64,000 nucleotides of DNA from Lachnospiraceae bacterium. GTDB lineage: Bacteria; Bacillota; Clostridia; Lachnospirales; Lachnospiraceae. The stretch is taken from contig JAGACK010000047.1 of the NCBI GenBank assembly GCA_017614155.1, forward strand, positions 29,096 to 93,095, given 5' to 3'. Made by a program: the position numbers and the translations under genes. Below the pieces are notes generated by a model, which made no database searches, had not been told where the DNA came from, and worked only from the letters and a program-made list of their open reading frames with translations. Below, in pieces: positions 48,134 through 56,212 of the stretch (the stretch's first letter is position 1; every line of letters begins with the position of its first letter).

Positions 48134-48826
48134 ATGAGAAAATATGTTGCGGAGTTTATCGGGACCTGTGTCCTGACCCTTTTCGGCTGCGGCGCGGCTG
48201 CCATATCCGGCGGTATCGAGGGCGTTCTGGGAATCCTGGGCATAGCCCTTGCATTCGGCCTTGCCGTTGTAGCCATGGCTTTTGCGATCGGAGATATCTC
48301 GGGATGCCATATCAACCCGGCCATATCTCTGGGGGTATTCATTGCGGGAGGCATGACAGTCGGTGATCTGATCGGCTATATCGTGTCACAGTTCCTGGGA
48401 GGAGCTGCCGGAGCAGGGCTTTTGTATATCATTGAGATCATGACTGACTCGGTCGATGTGTCCTCAAACGGCCTTGGAGCCAATGGATACGGTGATTTTT
48501 CCTATGTCGGGATCAATCTCGGAGGAGCTCTTCTTGCGGAGACCTTGATGACCTTTGTTTTCGTGCTGGTAGTTCTTGCAGTCATCTCAAAAGCAGAGAA
48601 TTCGATAATCGGAGGAGTGGTCATAGGGCTTACTCTTACATTTGTACACATTTTCGGGATACCCCTTACGGGCACTTCGGTAAATCCGGCCAGAAGCCTT
48701 GGACCGGCTATTTTCTCCGGTGTGGAGTATCTCGTGCAGTCATGGGTATTCATCGTAGGTCCTTTTGTGGGTGCGGCGCTTGCTGCTGTCATCTTCAAGC
48801 TCCTTTACAGTGACAGCGCGGAATGA
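48134..48826 (+). CDS. aqpZ: aquaporin Z-type MIP channel
   Basis: Two NPA boxes (HINPAISLG, SVNPARSLG). Close to AqpZ throughout. The His (FVHIFGIP) and Arg of the ar/R filter are present. Confidence 0.9.
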   Translation: MRKYVAEFIGTCVLTLFGCGAAAISGGIEGVLGILGIALAFGLAVVAMAFAIGDISGCHINPAISLGVFIAGGMTVGDLIGYIVSQFLGGAAGAGLLYIIEIMTDSVDVSSNGLGANGYGDFSYVGINLGGALLAETLMTFVFVLVVLAVISKAENSIIGGVVIGLTLTFVHIFGIPLTGTSVNPARSLGPAIFSGVEYLVQSWVFIVGPFVGAALAAVIFKLLYSDSAE

Positions 48827-49479
48827 TAAAGCCTCTTGTCTGTTCATTTTCGGGAGTATATGACGGACAGAGGATACTGGAATGTTCTGATGTCATCGAT
48901 TTTAGCGATATGAAGGGCTGCAGCATGTATGTGGATGAGGATTCGGAAAAAGCCATCCTTGAACGGCTTAAGAGTTATCCCTTCCGCGGCCTTCATTTCA
49001 TCGATAACGGAAACTATCATTATATGACAAGATTGTTTCTTTCCTTTGCAGGGGAAGAGTACGATCTTGTCATTTTTGATAATCACAGCGATGACATCCC
49101 TCCGGCCTTTGGAGGGCTGAAATCCTGCGGATCCTGGGTGTATGATATCAGGAACGAAGACCCGTTTCTGAAGGAACTGACACTGATCCGGAGAGCAGGA
49201 GATGAAGGAGCGATCTTTGAAGGGAAAAGACCGGTTTACATCTCGGTTGACAAGGATGTGCTGTCAAGGGATGTGCTTGTTACGAACTGGGATCAGGGCG
49301 ATATGACCAAAGAAGAGTTCTTTGACATCTTTACCGGGATAATAAAAACCCGGTCCGTCCTCGGGATAGATATCTGCGGAGAGGATGAACCGGGAAAGGA
49401 TATATCTGAAAATGAAGCCTTCAATATGGAGCTGATATCGGCTGTCCGAAAACTTAAGGGATCATACGATCTGTTTTGA
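48823..49479 (+). CDS. compact arginase/ureohydrolase-fold protein (218 aa), function unknown
   Basis: ATGA overlap with aqpZ. The metal-ligand pattern of the arginase family is recognisable: NGNYHY, FDNHSD (DxHxD), ISVDKD (DxD), GIDICGE. It is about 80-100 aa shorter than canonical members. Confidence 0.45.
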   Translation: MIKPLVCSFSGVYDGQRILECSDVIDFSDMKGCSMYVDEDSEKAILERLKSYPFRGLHFIDNGNYHYMTRLFLSFAGEEYDLVIFDNHSDDIPPAFGGLKSCGSWVYDIRNEDPFLKELTLIRRAGDEGAIFEGKRPVYISVDKDVLSRDVLVTNWDQGDMTKEEFFDIFTGIIKTRSVLGIDICGEDEPGKDISENEAFNMELISAVRKLKGSYDLF

Positions 49480-52400
49480 ACGCTCTCGGTCCCTTTTTGA
49501 GAGATTCTCCCTGGCGGTCGAAAGCATGAGCTTGATCCTGTTCAGCTGGTTGACTTCCGAGGCCCCAGGGTCGTAATCTATGGCAACTATATTTGCCTTT
49601 CTGTATTCCTGACGGATGCGCTTGATGACACCTTTTCCGACAACATGATTCGGCAGGCAGCCGAAGGGCTGCGTGCAGACTATATTGTAGACTCCCATAT
49701 GTATCAGTTCGAGCATTTCCCCGGTCAAAAACCACCCTTCTCCTGTCTGATTTCCGATAGAGACTATCCCTCTGGCAAGATCCGCTATATCTTTTATGTG
49801 CGAGTGCGGTGAAAAATGCATGGATCTCGCAAGTTCTCTGGATGCTGTCTTTCTCATCGTTTCCACAGCCTTTATACCGAGCAGGGATATCCTCTTTGCC
49901 TTTACAGAAGTCCCGAGTTTGTCGGATTTGTAAACCTGGTTGTAGAAGCAGTAGAGCATGAAGTCGAGCAGATCCGGTACTACTGCTTCAGCGCCTTCGC
50001 TTTCAAGCAGATCGACGAGATGGTTGTTTGCGGCAGGCATGAACTTGACCAGGATCTCACCGACCACACCGACTCTCGGTTTCACGAGCCTTTCATCGAT
50101 CGGAAGATCGTCAAATTCCCTTATTATCTTCTTGCAGAGCCGTTTAAAGCGTGAATAGGAAACGGAACCGCTTGTCAGAAACTTCAGGCATTCGTTCGTG
50201 AGCTTCCGGTGAAGCGAATTCGCAGACCCGGGCTTGATCTCATAAGGACGCATGCGGTAGAGGCATCTCATGAAGAGATCACCGAATTCCGCAGCGTAGG
50301 CAAGTCTGATCAGCAGTCCGAAACTCAGCTTGAAGCCGGGGTTTGGCTCAAATCCCGACATGTTCAGTGAAATGACCGGGATTTGTTCCATACCGGCCTG
50401 CTTCAGGGCGCGCCTGATGAAGGCGACATAGTTTGTGGCCCTGCATCCGCCGCCTGTCTGGCTCATCACAACGGCTGTGCGGTCGAGATCGAATCTTCCC
50501 GAAAGAAGGCTTTCCATGATTTGTCCTACAACCATAAGAGACGGATAGCAGGCATCATTGTTCACATATTTCAGACCTACATCGACTGCTATATGTCCGT
50601 CATTCTCCATAACCTCCAGATTGTATCCCGCGGCGCGGAAGGCCGGCTCGAGGAGATTGAAGTGGATGGGTGACATCTGCGGGCAGAGTATCGTATAGCC
50701 CTTCCGGTTCATTTCCTCGGTATAGATTACTCTTTTGTTAACGCTGCTTCTGATGCGGCGTCTGACATCCTTCATCTCCCTGACACGGATGGCGGCAAGA
50801 AGCGAACGGATCCTGATACGGGCCGCGCCGAGGTTGTTGACCTCATCGATCTTCAGGCAGGTATAGATCTTGTCCGCGCTGTCGAGTATCTCCATGACCT
50901 GGTCGGTGGTCACTGCGTCCAGTCCGCATCCGAAGCTGTTCAGCTGGATGAGGTCAAGATCGTCCCTTGTTTTTACATACTGGGCAGCAGCGTACAGCCT
51001 TGAATGATACATCCACTGATCCATTACCCTTATGGGGCGGTCCACCTTTGCCATGTGTGATATCGAATCTTCTGTCAGAACGGCAACTCCGTAGGAAGTG
51101 ATAAGCTCGGGTATGCCGTGGTTTATCTCCTGGTCGATATGATAGGGCCGTCCTGCAAGCACGATGCCGTGTCTGTTATTATCCCGCATCCACTGCAGCG
51201 TGTTCTCGCCCATCCTGCGTATATCCTCGCGTGCTTTTTCCTGCTCTTCCCATGCATCGTAGGTTGCGCTTATTATGCTGACAGGCTCGATCTCGGGAAA
51301 GGCTTCTATGAGCCTTGGATATATATGCTCGGGATCGTCAAAGGCGATGAAGGGATTTCTGAAATCTATATCCTTCAGGGCGAGGTTTTCGACATTATTC
51401 TTTATGTTCTCGGGGTATGAGGTAACTATCGGACAGTTGTAATGGTTCCCGGCTTCTTCAAACTCATTTCTTTCGTAAAAGAGCGAAGGGTAGAAGATGA
51501 GCCCGACTCCCTGATTGATCAGCCATTCGATATGTCCGTGGACCAGCTTTGCCGGATAGCATTCCGATTCCGAGGGTATCGACTCTATTCCAAGCTCATA
51601 TATGGCATGGGTGGATGCAGGTGATAATACGACCGTAAAGCCCAGCCTGGTAAACAGTGTAAACCAGAACGGGTAGTTTTCATACATGTTGAGCACTCTC
51701 GGTATGCCTATCCGGCCGAACGGAGCTTCATCCGCAGCAAGCGGGGTGTAGCCGAAGACCCTCTTCAGCTTATAATCAAAGAGGTTCGGCACATCTGTAT
51801 TGGTCTTTGGCTTTCCGGCGCCCTTTTCACAGCGGTTTCCCGAGATGTAGGTCCGCCCGCCGCTGAAGCGGTTGATGGTCAGCCTGCAGTGGTTTAAACA
51901 TCCCTGGCACTTTGCCATCGAGGTCGTAAACTGCAGCTCGTTTATGTCCTTTATCGAGAGCATGGAGGATTCCTTGCCGGATACATGTCTTTCCTTTGCG
52001 ATCAGGGCCGCGCCGAAGGCGCCCATTATACCGGCTATGTCCGGCCGTATGACCTCAAAATTTCCTATCTTTTCAAGGGAACGCAGAACGGCATTATTAT
52101 AAAAGGTGCCGCCCTGTACTACGATGGTCGATCCGAGTGCAGAAGCATCTGATACTTTTATTACCTTGAACAGGGCGTTTTTGATGACGGAATAAGCAAG
52201 GCCTGCCGAGATGTCGTCAACTCCGGCGCCTTCCTTCTGCGCCTGCTTCACCTTTGAATTCATGAAAACGGTGCATCGTGTGCCCAGATCTATGGGGTGC
52301 TTTGCAAAAAGAGCCTTTTCGGCAAAGTCTTCAACGGACATGTTGAGGGATTTTGCAAAAGTCTCGAGGAAGGAACCGCAGCCGGATGAACAGGCTTCGT

Positions 52401-53718
52401 TTAGCTGTACCGAATCGACTGTGCTGTTCTTTATCTTGATGCACTTCATGTCCTGGCCGCCGATATCCAGGATGCAGTCGACATCGGGATTGAAGAATGA
52501 CGCAGCATAGTAGTGTGCCACCGTCTCGACCTCACCCTCATCAAGCATCAGGGCGGATTTGATCAGAGCCTCTCCGTATCCGGTGGAGCAGGCTCCGGCT
52601 ATTGATACATTCTTTGGCATCAGATCGTAGATCTCTTTAATCGATCTGATGGCGGTCATCAGCGGAGAGCCGTTATTATTTGAATAGAAGGAGTAGAGGA
52701 GTTCCCCGCCTTCGGAAATAAGCGCGCATTTGGTGGTCGTGGATCCTGCATCGATGCCAAGATACGCGCGTCCCCTGTATGATGAAAGAGGCTTCTTTTT
52801 GACCTTTGCCCTGGCGTGACGCCTGGAGAATGCCCTGTATTCCGTGATATTTGCAAACAGAGGCTCCATCCTGGCAACCTCAAAGTCCATATGGATCGGG
52901 CCGGAGAGCATCTCTACCAGGCTGCTTAAAGGTCTGGTATGAAGAGAATCCCTGTTCATCGCGGAGCCGATCGCCGCAAAAAGGTGGGAATTTTCAGGTA
53001 TGATCGCGTGAACATCATCGAGCTTCAGGGTCCTGATAAAGGATGCGCGGAGCTCTGAAAGAAAATGCAAAGGTCCGCCGAGGAATGCCACATGCCCTCT
53101 TATCGGTTTGCCGCAGGCAAGTCCGGAGATCGTCTGGTTTACCACAGCCTGAAAAATTGATGCGGCCAGATCCTCCTTTGTGGCGCCTTCATTTATGAGC
53201 GGCTGTATATCGGATTTCGCGAACACTCCGCATCTTGCGGCTATCGTATAAAGGCTGCTGTAGCCCTTTGCGTATTCGTTGAGTCCCATGGAATCGGTCT
53301 GCAGAAGGGATGCCATCTGATCAATGAACGATCCGGTGCCGCCGGCGCATATGCCGTTCATTCTCTGTTCGACATTCCCGTCCTCGAAATAAATGATCTT
53401 TGCGTCCTCGCCGCCGAGCTCAATGGCCACATCGGTCAGGGGCGCATAGTATTTGAGGGCTTTTGAAACGGCGATGACCTCCTGCACAAAGGGGACATTC
53501 AGCGCGTTTGCAAGCGTGAGACCGCCGGAACCGGTGATGACCGGATCCACATCCACATCTCCCGTGATTCTGAAAGCGTCGTCTAAAAGATCGCGCAGGG
53601 TCTCCTTTATATTTGCAAAATGCCGCCTGTAATCCGAGAAGACTATATCCATGTCCTCATTGAGGACGGCGACCTTTACTGTTGTTGAACCTATATCTAT
53701 ACCAAGCATGCAGGACAT
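49462..53718 (-). CDS. 2-hydroxyacyl-CoA dehydratase activase-related giant fusion protein (two BcrAD/BadFG ATPase modules plus a dehydratase-like C-terminal region)
   Basis: 1418 aa. GIDIGSTTVKVAV and GIDAGSTTTKCAL ASKHA-type phosphate loops. Cys-containing linkers. Long C-terminal CoA-enzyme-activase-associated domains. Confidence 0.8.
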   Translation of the reverse strand: MSCMLGIDIGSTTVKVAVLNEDMDIVFSDYRRHFANIKETLRDLLDDAFRITGDVDVDPVITGSGGLTLANALNVPFVQEVIAVSKALKYYAPLTDVAIELGGEDAKIIYFEDGNVEQRMNGICAGGTGSFIDQMASLLQTDSMGLNEYAKGYSSLYTIAARCGVFAKSDIQPLINEGATKEDLAASIFQAVVNQTISGLACGKPIRGHVAFLGGPLHFLSELRASFIRTLKLDDVHAIIPENSHLFAAIGSAMNRDSLHTRPLSSLVEMLSGPIHMDFEVARMEPLFANITEYRAFSRRHARAKVKKKPLSSYRGRAYLGIDAGSTTTKCALISEGGELLYSFYSNNNGSPLMTAIRSIKEIYDLMPKNVSIAGACSTGYGEALIKSALMLDEGEVETVAHYYAASFFNPDVDCILDIGGQDMKCIKIKNSTVDSVQLNEACSSGCGSFLETFAKSLNMSVEDFAEKALFAKHPIDLGTRCTVFMNSKVKQAQKEGAGVDDISAGLAYSVIKNALFKVIKVSDASALGSTIVVQGGTFYNNAVLRSLEKIGNFEVIRPDIAGIMGAFGAALIAKERHVSGKESSMLSIKDINELQFTTSMAKCQGCLNHCRLTINRFSGGRTYISGNRCEKGAGKPKTNTDVPNLFDYKLKRVFGYTPLAADEAPFGRIGIPRVLNMYENYPFWFTLFTRLGFTVVLSPASTHAIYELGIESIPSESECYPAKLVHGHIEWLINQGVGLIFYPSLFYERNEFEEAGNHYNCPIVTSYPENIKNNVENLALKDIDFRNPFIAFDDPEHIYPRLIEAFPEIEPVSIISATYDAWEEQEKAREDIRRMGENTLQWMRDNNRHGIVLAGRPYHIDQEINHGIPELITSYGVAVLTEDSISHMAKVDRPIRVMDQWMYHSRLYAAAQYVKTRDDLDLIQLNSFGCGLDAVTTDQVMEILDSADKIYTCLKIDEVNNLGAARIRIRSLLAAIRVREMKDVRRRIRSSVNKRVIYTEEMNRKGYTILCPQMSPIHFNLLEPAFRAAGYNLEVMENDGHIAVDVGLKYVNNDACYPSLMVVGQIMESLLSGRFDLDRTAVVMSQTGGGCRATNYVAFIRRALKQAGMEQIPVISLNMSGFEPNPGFKLSFGLLIRLAYAAEFGDLFMRCLYRMRPYEIKPGSANSLHRKLTNECLKFLTSGSVSYSRFKRLCKKIIREFDDLPIDERLVKPRVGVVGEILVKFMPAANNHLVDLLESEGAEAVVPDLLDFMLYCFYNQVYKSDKLGTSVKAKRISLLGIKAVETMRKTASRELARSMHFSPHSHIKDIADLARGIVSIGNQTGEGWFLTGEMLELIHMGVYNIVCTQPFGCLPNHVVGKGVIKRIRQEYRKANIVAIDYDPGASEVNQLNRIKLMLSTARENLSKRDRERSKQIV

Positions 53719-53950
53719 AATAAAACCTCTTTGATATTGCTTTCCCTTTGAAAATCAATTTTCTATGATAACACAAAAAGACGGGATATGGTATAGGGAT
53801 AACGGTAAAAAATTCCATAAAATAAGAAGTGTTCATGACGCCTGTTATAGACAAGATTATCATTTTAGGGTATTATTCGTTAATGGTGCGGTTTTTGGAA
53901 TGATAAGCCGGCCGTACCGGAAGATCTGCCAAATTTACGGAGCTTTTGAG

Positions 53951-55225
53951 ATGGGAGACAAACAGATAGTCATAGCGGTCTTTATACTTATGTATATCGT
54001 TATGATCTTCTTTTCAAAATTCAGGGTTCATGCGGCGCTGGTCTCGGCGGCACTCCTTGTGATAACCGGCGTGATGCCGGCAGCTGCCGTTCCTTCGGCG
54101 ATCAACTGGAATGTGCTCATGATGATCGCAGGGACAATGGTGGTCGTTTTTTATTTTATCGAGTCGGGGGAGCCTTCAAGGATAGCGGACAGCCTGATGG
54201 AAAAGTCGCCGAATGTCATGTGGCTGATCATATCAATATCCCTGTTTTCGGGACTGGTGTCAGCTTTTATAGACAATGTGGCGACTGTTCTGATGATCGC
54301 GCCTGTAGGCCTTGCCATATGCAAAAAGATAAAGATCGACCCGGTGCCCGTCATCATTTCAATAGCGGTCAGCTCGAATCTTCAGGGCGCGGCGACTCTG
54401 GTGGGAGATACTACATCCATACTGCTTGGCGGATATGCAGGCATGAATTTCCTTGATTTTTTCTGGATGAACGGGAGGCCGGGAATGTTTTTCACGGTTG
54501 AGTTCGGAGCTCTTGCCACCGTTTTTGTGATGTTCATTCTCTTCAGAAAATACAGGGACAAGGTGGAAGTGACGAAAAAGACCGAAGTAAAGGACTATGT
54601 GCCGACGGTCATGCTTCTGCTTATCGTCATTCTCCTTATAGCGGTTTCCTTCATACCTGAAAAACCGGAGATGATAAACGGCATCATATGCATGAGCATA
54701 GCCGTGATCACGCTTGTACAGGATTTTGCAAGACACAGGGATAAAAAGAAGCTTATCAGGGCACTGAAGGATGTAGATTATGCAACGCTTTTTCTGCTTG
54801 TAGGCATTTTCGTGGTCGTACAGTCCCTTACGGAAACGGGGCTCATTGATGATATGGCGCAGGGCATAATAAAAGCGGGCAGCGGAAACATCTTTTTCAT
54901 GTACACGATACTGGTATGGGCTTCGGTTCTGATTTCGGCCTTTGTTGACAATATACCCTATGTGGCGACCATGCTGCCGGTAGTGAGGACCATATCGCTT
55001 TCAATGGGGCTTTCTCCGTATCTGCTGTATTTCGGACTGCTGACCGGAGCGACCCTGGGAGGAAATCTCACACCTGTGGGAGCTTCAGCAAATATCACTG
55101 CCATAGGGATATTAAAGAAAGAAGGACATGAAGTTGTATTTAAGGATTTTGCAAAGATAGGCATACCGTTTACCCTGACTGCAGTGTTTGTCGGGTATGT
55201 TTTTGTCTGGTTCGTCTGGAAGTAA
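53951..55225 (+). CDS. ArsB/NhaD/SLC13-type anion permease
   Basis: ATG at 53951, 8 nt after GGAG. About 11-12 TM helices. Motifs FIDNVATVLMIAP and FVDNIPYVATMLP are duplicated hairpin signatures of this superfamily. The ORF-track start at 53765 is an extension into the promoter region. Confidence 0.7.
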   Translation: MGDKQIVIAVFILMYIVMIFFSKFRVHAALVSAALLVITGVMPAAAVPSAINWNVLMMIAGTMVVVFYFIESGEPSRIADSLMEKSPNVMWLIISISLFSGLVSAFIDNVATVLMIAPVGLAICKKIKIDPVPVIISIAVSSNLQGAATLVGDTTSILLGGYAGMNFLDFFWMNGRPGMFFTVEFGALATVFVMFILFRKYRDKVEVTKKTEVKDYVPTVMLLLIVILLIAVSFIPEKPEMINGIICMSIAVITLVQDFARHRDKKKLIRALKDVDYATLFLLVGIFVVVQSLTETGLIDDMAQGIIKAGSGNIFFMYTILVWASVLISAFVDNIPYVATMLPVVRTISLSMGLSPYLLYFGLLTGATLGGNLTPVGASANITAIGILKKEGHEVVFKDFAKIGIPFTLTAVFVGYVFVWFVWK

Positions 55226-55234
55226 GGAGTGAAA

Positions 55235-56155
55235 ATGAATGCATTCTTAAACAGGATAGAAAGAAAGTTCGGGAAATACAGCATACCGCAGCTTACCAAA
55301 TTTATCATCCTCACATACATCATAGGATATCTTCTTTATTTCATTCAGGCGCTCACGCATATCGATGTGCTTGATCTGATCTATCTGAGTCCGCGCCTTA
55401 TCATCAGAGGAGGACAGTTCTGGAGGATCTTTACCTGGATATTCATGCCCCCTACAGCTCCTGATATATTTACCGTAATCATGCTTTTCTTTTATTATCA
55501 GATAGGTACGGCGCTGGAGCAGACATGGGGGTCGTTCCGGTACAATCTCTATATCTTTTCGGGCCTGTTTTTCATGCTGTTTGGCGCTTTTGTGCTCTAC
55601 GGCTTCGGGATAAACGTGGACGGGATGTTTACGACATATTACATTACCATGTCGATATTTCTGGCTTTTGCGGCATGTTATCCGAACATGCAGGTCATGC
55701 TGTATTTTCTGATACCTCTGAAGATAAAATATCTCGCATTTCTGGATGTGGGTCTTATCGCTTTCAGCGCAATCGGGGCCTCAATGCCGGAAAGGCTTGC
55801 CATTGTGTTCTCGATGCTCAATTTCGTGATCTTCTTTTTTACGACCAGAAACTACAAGTCGGTATCGCCTTCGGAAAGAGCAAGAAAGAACAATTTCAGG
55901 AAGGCAGTGGAAAGAGGACCCTATGGCGCCGGCAGCAAAACCAGCGGAGGTTTTGCGTGGGGCAGCAGGGACAAAGTGGATTATAATGCGGGACAGACCA
56001 TGAAAAAAGGACAGATATCAAAGCATAAATGCGCGATCTGCGGCAGGACGGAGATAGATCATCCTGAGCTTGAATTCAGATTCTGTTCAAAATGCGAGGG
56101 AAACTACGAATACTGCAATGATCATCTGTTCACGCACAAGCATATAGGGCACTGA
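55235..56155 (+). CDS. rhomboid-like polytopic membrane protein with a C-terminal Cys-rich zinc-ribbon
   Basis: ATG 5 nt after AAGGAG. GGQFWRIFTWIFMP..YYQIGTALEQTWGSFRYNLYIFSG resembles rhomboid TM2-TM3. C-terminus CAICGRTE..FCSKCEGNYEYCNDH. Confidence 0.5.
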   Translation: MNAFLNRIERKFGKYSIPQLTKFIILTYIIGYLLYFIQALTHIDVLDLIYLSPRLIIRGGQFWRIFTWIFMPPTAPDIFTVIMLFFYYQIGTALEQTWGSFRYNLYIFSGLFFMLFGAFVLYGFGINVDGMFTTYYITMSIFLAFAACYPNMQVMLYFLIPLKIKYLAFLDVGLIAFSAIGASMPERLAIVFSMLNFVIFFFTTRNYKSVSPSERARKNNFRKAVERGPYGAGSKTSGGFAWGSRDKVDYNAGQTMKKGQISKHKCAICGRTEIDHPELEFRFCSKCEGNYEYCNDHLFTHKHIGH

Positions 56156-56212
56156 CACTTTTGAATAAATAGCAGACACACAGTAAAGTCAAAGATAAGG
56201 AAAGGACCGGAA

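Noticed and set aside
53765-53950. N-terminal 62-aa extension of the permease ORF
   Set aside because: The extension is non-hydrophobic and overlaps the divergent promoter region. The ATG at 53951 has a proper RBS and starts directly at the first TM helix.
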